Below the pieces are notes generated by a model. The model worked only from the letters and a program-made list of their open reading frames with translations. It was not told where the DNA came from and ran no database searches. Made by a program: the position numbers and the translations under genes. A stretch of DNA of 63,554 nt, counting the filler, from Chiloscyllium plagiosum (Eukaryota), in the NCBI RefSeq assembly GCF_004010195.1. It is 5 parts of one record of this genome, joined end to end, with 100 filler letters (N's around TTAATTAATTAA, not from the genome) between each part and the next. Parts side by side here need not be neighbours in the genome. Positions count along the whole stretch, not along the records: positions 1 to 24,828 come from NC_057712.1; 4 more parts are not named here. One strand, written 5' to 3'. Shown here piece by piece: positions 1 to 12,258 of this stretch (its first letter is position 1; the number at the start of each line of letters is the position of its first letter).

Positions 1-815
1 TTCACATGGATGATCCCTGGAATGGTAGGTCTAACATATGAGGAACGGCTGAGGATCCTGGGATTGTATTCATTGGAGTTTAGAAGATTAAGGGGAGATC
101 TAATAGAAACTTACAAGATAATACATGGCTTGGAGAGGGTGGGCGCTAGGAAATAGTTTCCGTTAGGTGAGGAGACTAGGACCTGTGGACACAGCCTTAG
201 AATTAGAGGGGGTAAATTCAGAACAGAAATGCGGAGACATTTCTTCAGCCAGAGAGTGGTGGGCCTGTGGAATTCATTGCCACAGAGAGCTGTTGTAGAG
301 CTGGGACGCTAAATGTTTTCAAGGCAGAAATTGATAAATTCTTGATGTCACAAGGAATTAAGGGCTACGGGGAGAATGCCGGTAAGTGGAGTTGAAATGC
401 CCATCAGCAATGATTGAATGGCGAAGTGGACTCGATGGGCCGAATGGCCTTACTTCTGCTCCTATGTCTTATGGTCTTATGGTGACAGAACGTTTTCCCT
501 CGTGAGAGAGTCTAGGACCACAGGGCATAGTCTCAGAATAAAGGGGTTCCAAATTAAGACTGTGATAAGGGGGAAAGTTTTTTTGGTCAGAGGCTTGTGA
601 GTCTTTGGCACTCCTTCCCACAAAGAGCTGTGAGAGTCAGAGTCCTTGTGTATATTTAAGGCTAAAAAGATAGATTCTTGATCAGTAGGGGACTCAACGG
701 TTACAGGGAAAGCAAACGAAAGGGAATGTGAGTCATGTTGGATCAGTCATGATCATATTGAATAGCAGAATAGGCTCAATGAGATGAGCAACCTATTACT
801 ATTCCTACTTCGTAT
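1..815 (+). mobile_element. Two adjacent CR1 LINE 3' fragments
   Basis: Degenerate LYSLEFRRLRGDLIETYKI and FFSQRVVGLWNSLP coding, CR1 3' UTR and (TCTTATGG)n tail at about 460-482, then a second older 3' end. Confidence 0.85.
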
Positions 816-1449
816 AATCGTAAGCTAGAAACACAAATTACTTACATTCTATCCCTTTAAGAAGTTCTGATACACACACAAACAGATACACAAAGAGTCA
901 GAACAGGGCACAAATATTAGAAGAAGTGTCAGTGAAGCATATTTCTGGCTTCAATCTAAAGAACTTTCCCTAAATTCTCTTCCAATTCTTTTTGATTTTC
1001 ACAAGTTTGTGGACATACCAACTTTCAACCCCTCATTTCCCATTTCAGGATTTACTCTTCCATTGTCTCTGAAGGAATTTTCCCTTTTCTTTTCAAGAAG
1101 GGAATTTGCAGAGATAGCGTGTAATTAGCTGCTCAGAATTTTCTTCTGAGAGCACCAATATTTTCTTCTCTATAGGCTGGATGTTTCTGCTGTATTGTTC
1201 AAACACAAAGCTGTAACCACTTGACAAGGAACCAATCAAAAATAAATTGTTACTATGCTGAGTACTCCTGATCACACCCAATTGGAAGTGGTTGAAAAAC
1301 ACATCTTCTTTCATAGTCCATTGGCTTAAAACAGTATATTTTTCCTCTGTTAAACTGACATTCCAAAATATAAAACTGTTCTTTACAATGCACTGCACAA
1401 TTGATCTAAGCTCTTTAACACCACCTTTCAAAGTTGTGACGACAGTGAT

Positions 1450-1676
1450 TGCAATGAGGTCAGCCAGGTGGATCTCATAGAATATGAGTTCTCTGATTAG
1501 TGCTGTTAATCTGGTTCAATCAGGAAATCCTGGCTGACAGATATGAGCAGGATTGACAGACATCCTGTTCACTCTGAGAGCTTGCCCGAACGAAGCTGGA
1601 TCAGTGTCAAGGACTCTCTATGTGTAAATAACAAGTGACTTGGTGATGGGATAACAGCCTCTCCGGAGTTATTTCA
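1450..1676. mobile_element. Short solo-LTR-like element
   Basis: TG...CA ends (TGCAATGAG...TTATTTCA) with flanks GTGAT and GTGAC. A related copy lies at 16593-16809. Confidence 0.6.
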
Positions 1677-1699
1677 GTGACCTCTATCAAATTGAAGAA

Positions 1700-2160
1700 C
1701 AAAGACGCCTCCTGCAAGTTCCCATCCCAGCCATACACCATCCTGACTTGGAACCATATTGCATTTCCTGTCTGTTTTTTAAAATTTATTCACAGGTTAT
1801 AGGCATCACTGACCAGGCCAGCATTTATTACACATTCTTATTTGTCCAGAGAGCCATTAAGAGTCAATCACATTGCTGATGGTCTGGAGTCACTTGTACA
1901 AGGCCGTTTCCTTCCCTGAAGGCCATTAGTGAACAAATTGGGTTTTTCCAATTGATAATGGTTTCATGGTGACCATTAAACTCTTAATTCCAGAATTTTT
2001 AAAACGATTGAATTCCACCATCAACATGGCAGATTCATGGCAGAACGTTACCTGGGACACTGAACTAATAGTCTAGTGACAGTACTACTCGAGTACTGAC
2101 AGGAATAAGGAATACAATGATTCAAGATGGCAGATCACTACCACCTTCTCAATGGCAATT
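1700..2160. mobile_element. Old LINE 3' end interrupted by a minus-strand DeuSINE/SacSINE1-like SINE
   Basis: CCTGCAAGTTCCC...ACCATCCTGACTTGGAA LINE tail, also seen reversed at 6490-6715. The SINE body resembles 37395-37700 on the opposite strand. Confidence 0.5.
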
Positions 2161-2849
2161 AGACCTTAAGACCATGAGAAATAGGAACAAAGTAGCCATT
2201 CAGCCATTTGAGTTTGTTGATCTGATAATCCTCAATTCTACTTTTTTGTCTTTTTCCAATGATCCTTGATTCCCTTACTGAATAAAAATTTATCTCAGCC
2301 TTAAATATACTTAATGATCCAGCCTCAACAGCCCTCTGTGATAAAGAATTCCATAGATTCACAATCCTTTAAAGGAAGAAATTCATCCTCGTCTCTGTTT
2401 TAAATATGCAACCCCTTATTTGAAGATTATGCCCTCTGGTCACTCACTCAACCTATCTATAATTTTCTTATACTCTCTTCACAACATACTTTCCAACCTA
2501 TCTTTGCATTGTCTCAAAATCTAACTACTTTGACTTTGCTTACCTCTCCTACATCATTATACAAATGGTTAAATATTGAGGATTCAGCACAAAACCTGAG
2601 GAACTCCATTCATCACATTATTAATGAGAAAAAGACCATTTATGCACTCTGTTTTCTGCCAGCTAGTTCATTTTCCATCCATGTTAATATGTTATGCTCT
2701 TCTTTGCCTAATAACCCTTTATATCACCAGAGCTCCAGGAGCTCTTAATTTGCCAACTAATCTTTTGCGTCACATTTTATTAAATATCTTTTAAAATAGA
2801 GGCATTAACTTTGTCCCTTTATCTACCATAGTAACTACATCCGGGTTAC

Positions 2850-3165
2850 TATGGGTTTCCTCCGGGTGCTCCGGTTTCCTCCCACAGTCCAAAGATGTGC
2901 ACATCAGGTGAATTGGCCATGCCAAATTGCCCGTAGTGTTAGGTAAAGGGGTAAATGTACGGGAATGAGTGGGTTATGCCTCGGCGGGTCGGTGTGGACT
3001 TGTTGGGCCGAAGGGCCTGTTTCCACACTGTAATTGGCCATGCTAAATTGCCCGTAGTGTTAGGTAAAGGGGTAAATGTACGGGAATGAGTGGGTTACGC
3101 CTCGGCGGGTCGGTGTGGACTTGTTGGGCCGAAGGGCCTGTTTCCACACTGTAAGTAATCTAAAA
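2850..3165 (+). mobile_element. 5'-truncated HE1-like V-SINE with internal 121-bp tandem duplication
   Basis: V-domain GGGTTTCCTCCGGGTGCTCCGGTTTCCTCCCACAGTCCAAAGA. Segment 2911-3031 is repeated at 3032-3152. Confidence 0.9.
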
Positions 3166-5064
3166 ACATCCTCAAAAACTGTAATAAATTTGTTTAATGA
3201 TATTTCCCATTCGCAAAACTATCTTGACTGCTTCTAAAGAACTATCTCTTCTGTGTGAATTCTGAATACTTTGTTAATAATAGTCTAGCTTTTTCCTGAT
3301 GGCTGATGTTAGGTCAGGCCTTTAATTCACGGTTTTCCTTTTTCTGCTTTCTGAATAAGGGTCACTGGACAATGAAACAATGACTCTGCTTTCTCACCCC
3401 TGATGCTGCCAGACCTGCTGTATTTTACCAGCAATTTCTGCTTTTGCCATAGGGCAATTTGAGATTGGAAATAAATGTTGGCCTATTCAATGTATTCATG
3501 TCCAATTAACAAATAAAAAGGAAAAAAAGTGCAGAGAAGAAACAGCCTCTGTTTAGAGCAGCAGTACAATGTGAGTGGCTCCACTCAAACTGAGGCTTGA
3601 AGCTGCAGCAGAGGCTGTGCTGGAAGCATGGGAGGTGAATCCTTTACTGACTTATACATCTTTCCTAATCTTCAGACTTTTTGCTGTTTATTTGTGCATC
3701 ATTGTAAGCCTCTTTATTTTAGTCTTATACTGTCCTCAATATCTTGATGGAGCCATAGATAGCTCCTTCTTGCTGAGTATTTTTTCAATAAAATGCATTT
3801 TTGTTGACTTTGAATTAAAATAAAAATTGCTATTTTTTGTTTACTGCCATAGCTTTTAGCCTATTTACCCAATTAACTCCTCATACTTACATAATTGGCT
3901 TTCTTTAAGTTTAAAAATGTTGCATGTGATTGAGGTATGTCACTTTCAAACATAACATGGAATTCAATGGTGTTACGATCACTATTCCCCATTGGGTCAT
4001 TTACTGTAACATTACTTACTAGCCTTGCTTTTTATGGTTTGCCACCTTTGTTTCTTTCTCAGGTCAACTCATTTTTAGACTAGAATCCAGCACCTAATTA
4101 GAGGATAATGACTTAAATGTAGGGGATATGATCAAGAAGTTTGGGGATAACAGAAAAACTAGTATGGTGGTAATTAGTCAGGAGGGTAGCTATAAACTGC
4201 AATAAGATATTAACAGGCATGTCAGGTGTGTGAATGGTAGGCCCTAGCAAGTACTGAAGATCACAGGAACCCTGGTGCTCTTACCATGTCCACATCAAAA
4301 CTCTCACCCAGGACAAAGAACACTAGGCCCTTCCCGAGTCTGCAATGATCCAACAGCTCTCAACACACCCAATCCTTACCCCTGACTTGCATTTGCAGGT
4401 CCTGAGCCTCCATATAAGTTGTCATTTCCATGTTTCCTACCATTGTGCTGCAGAGGTAGTCAAAGGAAACTGCTGACCTTATACACACAACTAAATACGT
4501 GCGTGTGCCACCTTTAAATGCATACAAAAGGTTGCCTGGAGATTCATCTGTGAAACTGGTTTTATCTCGAAAATAGGTTGTAATTATGAAATGTTATATG
4601 TTAGTAATCATCCATTGCATGCCAACATAATACCAGTATGAAACTAGTTGTAGGAGTCACACCATGTTACAAAAATACAACTGACTTAATCTCAGCATTT
4701 TAAGCTGTCATCAGTCAAGTGAAACATCAGCTCTTGTCTCATTCAGTGACACTCTAAGCTGTATATTCTGCTCAGTGGCAATGTATCAACCCATCGTAAT
4801 TTTTCAACTTGTGATAGGATTTTAACTCACAATCTCTGAGTTCAGTGGCAAACCTTCTTATGTAATACTGATGGAACATAATTATTTAAAACAGAAAACA
4901 GGGCAAATTACGATTTGGTACAGAGCATGATACATTCTACTTGCTTATTTCTACTTCTGAACGTTTCCTTGCTAGTCATAAAAGAGCTGATTAAAATGTA
5001 CATTTATTTTGTTTCTTCAGTTTTGTTAGGCTTGCAAACAAGATTAAAAGTTACTCAAACAAAC

Positions 5065-5167
5065 CTGAATGGTGTGAGAATCACTGGCTTGTCCAAGGAT
5101 TTCCAATAAAGTTGGATCTGATACAAAGAAGAATCTGGGAAATAGCAACCTTTTCTTTTCCAAATAT
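5065..5167 (-). CDS. DNAH8: Dynein heavy chain exon (linker, DHC_N2 region), 103 nt, phase 2 to 0
   Basis: TTTTTGACAG acceptor and GTTTG donor. Reads (G)[34 protein letters not shown] and continues the 37039-37202 exon in frame (SLTG|YLEKKR). Confidence 0.9.
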
Positions 5168-6750
5168 CTGTCAAAAATAATAATGTTAAAACTTGTAGCA
5201 TTTTTCAAACTCCATCTTCTTGTTACCAAAGATCATGTGACTTTTATTTCCTGTTTGTAGATGTCCAGGGCAGTTGAAAATGATGAATTAGAGAATATGT
5301 TAAATATAAGATCCAAAGAAAATTAATCGTTAAGTGATAGGGTTGATGTGTTTTTTTTCTAGTTGAAGTTTTTTCTGTTGGCATGAAAATAGTAAGACAC
5401 TAGTAAAAGGAAGAATAGAGACAATAACAGACAAAATAGAAAATTTAAACATAGAGGCAGGGGTCCGAGCAGGGTGCTGGTTACTCTGCATGTATCTATC
5501 TAGGAAGAAGATGGCACCAAAGCTGAGCTTCTTTCACCTTTCTTCATCTAAAACTGTCACCAAAAAGCTCTTATTCCCTTCTACCTGAAATAGTTCAAAA
5601 CTATTTGCTTCAACATTCCCTGCACTAGTCAGTCTAGCATTCTTACCACTCTGGGTAAAGATGTTTCTCCTAGATTGCCAACCGAATTAACTATCATTTT
5701 GATACATTAATTAGTGAGATTGAGGAAATTAAAATGCTACAGAGGGGTCAGTTCCATGGCTTGCTTCACTTCTGTATCAGGACACACTGGGGACTCAAGG
5801 GTTAAACATTCCACTACCAAAGGACTTACTGCAGTATCAACTGAAAGCCTGTACTCTTACAATACAGCAGAACAACTCAGTAGGGCAGAGGCTGACTGTA
5901 TCTTAGAAATAGAGTCTAGTGGAGCCACACATGTGGATTCCCCCTGTAGCCCCAGACAGAGGAATTTGCCCTTTTCAGACAAGACTGATAGCCTTGGCCA
6001 CAACCCTGTTAAACTGCCCCCCACTCCCATTGTCTCATTTCCCCTCCATATTAGTATAGGTACGTGAACCCGCTTTTTCAGCAGGCAAAACCCTTCTACC
6101 TTAATCTCTTCTCATCAGCACATAATCATGAAGAATACGATAATCAGTTTCTGTAATCCATTCACACATTATCACAGGACATCGACATTCATCGGGCTTT
6201 GTAAATTCAAAATTACCTACTTTATGTGATGACAATCGTCCATGTGACTGATAAACCTTTTGTTTAATTCTTATAAAATATACTGTCTCTGTGTGTAGGA
6301 CAGAGATTCATGGAGAAGTATCACCACAAGTAGACACATGGCTACTTTGGGGACATTTTGGAATCTCTCGCCAACTGTTTGATAATAAAGCATCTACATT
6401 GTACAGAAACTTGTGTCGTCTGGATTTGTGGAACAAAATATACATCCACGAGATAGCTGACCCAGAGATTATTCCATATCCCCAACTGCCTTCTTGAAAT
6501 ATTACAATGCATTTGGTTTAGGTAGACTAACAAAGCAAGGAGGGAGTTCCAGAACTTGGATTGAGAGACAGTTGAAGAAAAGTGATAGATTTCCAAGTCA
6601 GGATAGTGAGTGTCTTGGAAGGGAACTTGCAGATGTTGGTTCCCATGTATCTGCTGCCCTTGTCCTTCTAGATGGTGGTGGTTATAGATTTGGAAGGTGC
6701 AATCCATTGAACTAAATCCATAGGAATTAAACATGGAATCTATATGTGGG

Positions 6751-6899
6751 GGGAAAGTGAGGACTGCAGATGCTGGAGATCAGAGCTGAAAATGTGATGC
6801 TGGAAAAGCGCAGCAGGTCAGGCAGCATCCAAGGAGCAGGAGAATCGACGTTTCGGGCATGAGCCCTTCTTCAGGAATGAGGAAAGTGTGTCTTCCCTC
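6751..6899 (-). mobile_element. 149-bp Penelope-terminus insertion with 14-bp TSD
   Basis: AATCTATATGTGGG at 6737-6750 and 6900-6913 flanks the insert. The body matches the repeats at 34540-34690, 47200-47305, 54332-54432 and 60831-60950. Confidence 0.85.
6847..6874 (-). ncRNA. Minimal type-I hammerhead ribozyme motif, intact core
   Basis: Minus strand reads CUGAAGA-A-GGGC-UCAU-GCCC-GAAA-CGUC: both conserved boxes, 4-bp stem II, palindromic ACGU stem III and a GUC cleavage triplet. Confidence 0.75.
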
Positions 6900-7169
6900 A
6901 ATCTATATGTGGGCCCTGGTTATGCTCTTCAACCTGTCAATCAAACCTACATAATACACCAAATGTGTTCTCATCAAAGTTGCATTCATTTGCAAGAAAA
7001 ATACATCTTTATTTAAACCCTCTCACAATAAAGACCAACAGATCATTTAGCTTTCTAATTGCTTTTTAGTGATTTTAGAAAAAAAAGACACCAGGTCCAT
7101 TTGGAGGGCAAAACTTCCCAATCTTTCACTATGTAAAGAATATTCCATATTTGCTTTTTTCCTATCAAG

Positions 7170-7710
7170 ATGTTGAAAGAGCACTGAGGACAGGCTGTCA
7201 TTGTTGCAGCTGTATAAAACATTGGTGAGGCCATATTTAGAGTATTGCAAACATCTCTGATTGCAATATTACAGGAAGGATGTTATAAGACTGGAAATGA
7301 TGCAAAGATATTTATTAGGATATTAATGAGACTGGAGAACTTGAGTTACGAAGAGAGACTGAATAGGCTGAAACCTTCCTTTCCTGCACTGTGGGAGGCT
7401 GAGGGGTGATTTTATATCGGTTTATAAAATCATGAGAGGCATAGATATGCTGAATAGCCATAACCTGATGGGCAAGTTTTTCATGAAGAGGGTGGTGTGT
7501 ATATTGAACAAGCTGCCAGAGGAAGTAGTAAAGGCAAGAACAATCACAATACCTAAAATTAATTTAGACAGGTACGTGGATAGGAAAGATTTTGAGTAAT
7601 ATGGGACAAATGCTGGCAAATGTGACTATTTCAGTTCGGGAAATCTGGTTGGTGTGGTCATGTTCAGCCAAAGGGTCTGTTTCCATGCTGCATGACTCAT
7701 TGAATCTATG
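7170..7710 (+). mobile_element. Degenerate CR1 3' fragment
   Basis: LQLYKTLVRPYLEYC-like coding followed by the CR1 3' UTR. Confidence 0.8.
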
Positions 7711-8249
7711 AACTTCACATTTTAAAAAATTATTTAATACTTCATCTGCTATGTTCTTTATTTACTTAGCTTGTCTGCAACTCTTTGAAGTCTCCTCACA
7801 ATGTAGCTTTCTACATCAGCAATTTTGGAAATATTTCATTGGTCCCCACATCAAAATCATTGATATAGATTGTGAATAGATGGAGCTCAAACACTGACTG
7901 TACAGTATTCAACTACTCATAGCCTACCAATCTGAGAATGACCCATTTGTTACTGTTTTCAGTCCATTAACACATTCTTAACCCATACTAGTGTTTTATA
8001 TTCAAGCTCACGTGCTCTAATTTTGCTTACTTATCTCCTGTGCATAGCCTCAATGAAAGCCTTTGAAAATCCAAATACATGAGATCCACCCATTTTCTTT
8101 TTCATATGTTCTGTTGGATGGTATTGTAAAAAATGTTCTCTGTGTTGATGATGTCAAACCCAACCATCATTTTCCAAGTGTCCACTTATCATAACTTTTG
8201 TAATTTTAGCATTTTCATTTCTAGTAATGCCAGATTAAAAGATATTTCA

Positions 8250-11200
8250 GTTGCCAGCAGCAGGAAGAGCGGGAGCTTGGACAGGGCCCTGTCGGGAAAG
8301 GTGAGTCACTGACTTAAAACTTCAAAAGCTTACTTCAAGTGTCAGCGGCAGCAGCACCTTGGAAAGCAGAGGTTTCTGGGAAAGGAGGGACTTTTTTTAT
8401 CCCCCTCAGCTATATAAATGAGTGTTTTCTAAACCCAAGACCCTACCCTTGCAGGGTCTCCCATCCATCCATCTTCTCTAACCTTATACACCAGGGACAC
8501 ATCAGGTAAGCTTCTCTTCTTTTTTTAACTTTCTGATAAGGAGACTAGCAGGGATGGCAATGCAGGGAAAGGAATGTTCCTCCTGCATGATGTTTGAAGT
8601 GAGGGATGCCATTAGTGTCCATCCAAGTACATCTGCAGGAAGTGCACCCAAATCTTGCTCCTCCAAGACTGCGTTAGGGAACTGGAGTGGGAGCTGGATG
8701 AACTTTGGATCATTCGGGAGGCTGAGTCTGTGATAGATAAGAGTTACAGGACAGCAGTTACTCTTAGGTATGGAGGAAGTTGGGTAGCTGTTAGAAAGGA
8801 GAAAAAAACAGTAAGTGCAGGATCCGCTGTGGTTGTTCTCCTGAAAAACAAGCATACCATTGTGGATACTGTTGACAGGGTGGGGAGAAACAACTTACCA
8901 CAGGCATGCACTGGGGTGGAGGTCTCCGGCACAGAGTCTGTCCCTGTTGCACAGAAGGGAAGGGAGGGAAGGACAAGAGTGTTAGTCATTGGGAACTCAA
9001 TAGTGAGAGGGTCAGATAGAAGGTTTGTTGGGAATGAAAGAGACTCACAGTTGGTGTGTTGCCTCCCAAGTGCCAGGGTCCGTGATATCTCGAATCATGT
9101 CTTTGGGGTCCTGAAAGGAGAGACCGACTAGCCCCAAGTCGTGGTCCACATTGGTACCAACGACATAGGTAAAAAGAGGGATAGGGATGTAAGACAGGAT
9201 TTCAGGGAGCTAGGGTGGAGGCTGAGAGCGAGAACAAATAGAGTTGTTATCCCTGGATTGTTACCCATGCCATGTGATAGCGAGGCAAAGAACGGGGAGA
9301 GATATCAGCTGAACACGTGGCTGTAGGGATGGTGCAGGAGGGAGGGTTTCAGGTTTATAGATATTTGGGGCTCATTCTGGGGAAGGTGAGACATCTATAA
9401 ACAGGACAGTCTTCACTTGAACCACTGAGTCGGAAATTTGCTAGTGCTATTTAGGTGGGTTTAAACTAGCTCAGCTGGGGGAAGTGGGAACCTGCGTTGT
9501 AATTCCCAGTACAGAGGTGGATGAGAGTAGGGAGGACATGGACAGGATTTCACAGTCACAGGAATGTGCTGGCAGAGAGCAAGCTGGTTTGAAGTGTGTC
9601 TACTTCAACGCCAGGAGTATCTGGAATAAGGTAGGTGAGCTTGCAGCATGGATAGATACCTGGGACTTCGATGCTGTGGCCATTACTGAGACATGGATGG
9701 AGCAAGGTCAGGAATGGATTTTGCAGGTTCCAGGGTTTAAATCTTTCATTAAGGTCAGGGAAGGTGGTAAAAGAGAGGGAGGTGTGGTTTTGTTCAGGAC
9801 GGTATAACAGTGGCGGAAAGAACATTTGATGAGGACCTATGGGCTGAGGTTAGAAACAGAAGAGGGGAGGTCACACTGCAGGGAGTTATTTATAGGCCTC
9901 CACAAAGTTTCAGGGATATGGAGGAGAGGATTGGCAAATCGATTCTGGACAGAGTGAAAGGAACAGGGTGGTCATTATGAGGGATTTTAACTTCCCCAAC
10001 ATTGACTGGAAATGCTATAACTCTAGTATGTTGGATGGATGAGTTTTTGACCAATGTGTGCAGGAGGGTTTCCTGACAGAGTATATCGAAGGGCTGACAA
10101 GAGGGGAGGTCAAATTGGATCTGGTACTCAGTTATGAACCAGGCCAGGTGTTTGATTTAGTGATAGGTGAGAACTTTGGATAGAGTGACCATAATTTGGT
10201 TACCTTTAGTTTAACAATAGAAAGAGATAGGTACATGCAAGAGTTATAATTTGGGGAAGGGCAATTATAATGCAATTCGGCAAGACTTAGGAGGCATAGA
10301 ATGGGGCAGCAAAATGCAGGGGATGGGGACAATCAAAATGTGGAGCTGGTTTAAGGAACAGATATTGCATATCTTTGAAAGGTATGTCCCTGTCAGGCAG
10401 GGAGGAAGCGATGAGGTAAGGGAACCATGTTTTACTAAAGAAATTGCATCTCTTGTTAAGCGGAAGAGGAAGGCTTATGTGACATTGAGGCGAGATGGTT
10501 CAGATGAGGCAATGGAGAGTTACAGAGTAGCTAGGAAAGCTTTAAAGAGAGAGTTAAGAAGAGCAGGGAGGGGTCATGAGCAGTCTTTAGCAGGTAGAGT
10601 AAAGGAGAACCCTAAAGCTTTCTATAGGTATGTGAGGAATAAAAGGATGACAAGGGTAGGAATAGGGCATGTCAAAGACAGAAGTGGGAAGTTGTGTGTG
10701 GACCCTGTGGAGATCGGAGAGGTGCTAAATGAATATTTCTCTCTGTTTTCACTCAGGAAAAGGAGAATATTGTAGAGGAGAAGACTGCGATATGGGCTAT
10801 TAAACTTGAAAGGATTGAGGTTAGTAAGGAGAAGGTGTTATCAATTCTAGAAGGTGTGAAAGTGGATAAGTCCTCTGGGCCAGATGGGAGATTTCTGAGA
10901 ATTCTCTGGGCAGCTAGGAAGGAGATGGCTGAGCCTTTGGCCTAGATCTTTGAGTCGTCATTGTCTACAGGTTTAGTACTTGAGGACTGGAGGATTGCAA
11001 ATGTTGTGCCCTAGTTTAAGAAGGGCAGTAGAGATAACCCAGGTAATTTTAGACGAGTAAGCCTTACATCTGTTGTAGGAAAGGTTTTGGAAAGGATTAT
11101 AAGAGATAGGATTTATAATCATCTAGCAAGCAACAAATTGGTTGGAAATAGTCAACATGGATTTGTCAAGGGCAGGTCATGTCTCACAAACCTCATTGAG

Positions 11201-12258
11201 CTTTTTGAGAAGTTGACCAAGCATGTGGATGAGGGTAGGGCAGTTGATGTGGTGTACATGGACTTCAGCAAAGCCTTTGATAAGGTTCCACATGGTAGGC
11301 TACAGCAGAAAATGCAGAGGCATGAGATTGTAAGTGATTTAATAACTTGGACGCAGGCATAAGTAGATTGGTTAGTAAGTTTGCAGATGGTACTAAAGTT
11401 GATGAAGAATGTTGCAGGTTGCAGGGAGACTTTGATAAACTGCAAAACTGTGCTGAAAGATGGCATAGAGTTCAATGCAGATTAATGTGAGGTGATTCAC
11501 TTTGGGAAGAATAACAAGAAGGCAAAATACTGGGTCAATGTAAAGATTCTTGGTAGTGTGCTTGAGCAGAGAGATCTTGGAGTCCATGTACATAGATCCC
11601 TAAAAGTTGCCACCAGGTTGATAGTGCTGTTAAGAAGGCATATGGTGTATTAGGTTTTATTGGTAGAGGAATTGAATTCTGGAGCCATGATGTAACGCTG
11701 CAGCTGTACAAAACGCTAGTGCGGCCTCACTTGGAGTAATGTATACATTTCTGGTCACCCCATTACAGGAAGGATATGGAAGCATTGGGAAAGGTGCAGA
11801 GGAGAATTACCAGGATGCTGCCTGGTCTGAAGTGAAGGTCTTGTGAGGAAATGCTGAGAGACTTGAGTCTGTTCTCGCTGGAGAGAAGAAAGCTAAGAGG
11901 CAATTTAATAGAGACATATAAGATGATCAGAGGATTAGATAGGGTGGACAGTGAGAGTCTTTTTCCTAGAATGATGACATCTGCTTGTAAGAGGGGGCAT
12001 TGCTGCAAATTGAGGGGTGATAGATTTAAGACAGATGTTAGAGGCATGGTTCTTTACTCAGAGAGTGGTAAGGACGTGGAATGCTCTGCTTGCCAATATA
12101 GTTAATTCAGCCACATTACAGGCATTTAAACAGTCCTTGGAAAAGCATATGGATGATAATGGGGTAGTGCAGGGTGATGGGCTTAGATTAGTTCACAGGT
12201 CAACGCAACATCAAGGGCCAAAAGACCTGTTCTGTGCTGTATTGTTCTCTGTTTTATA
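8250..12258 (+). mobile_element. Near full-length but inactivated CR1 LINE
   Basis: ORF1 from ATG 8554 (CSSC...CRKC zinc finger, leucine-rich coil, VLVIGNSIVR and VHIGTNDI SGNH esterase). ORF2 has APE (FNARSI, AITETW) and RT ([27 protein letters not shown]), with stops, frameshifts and a deletion near 11350, followed by the 3' tail. Confidence 0.92.

Noticed and set aside
1093..1431. 112-aa minus-strand ORF as a possible next dynein exon
   Set aside because: No resemblance to the sequence expected after DSHTIQ and no recognisable domain.
5044..5229. ORF-track boundaries for dynein ORFs (also 56155-56451)
   Set aside because: The ORF ends run into intron; the true limits are the splice sites given in features.
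8655..9326. Esterase ORFs as a host lipase gene
   Set aside because: They are fragments of CR1 ORF1 directly upstream of APE-RT.
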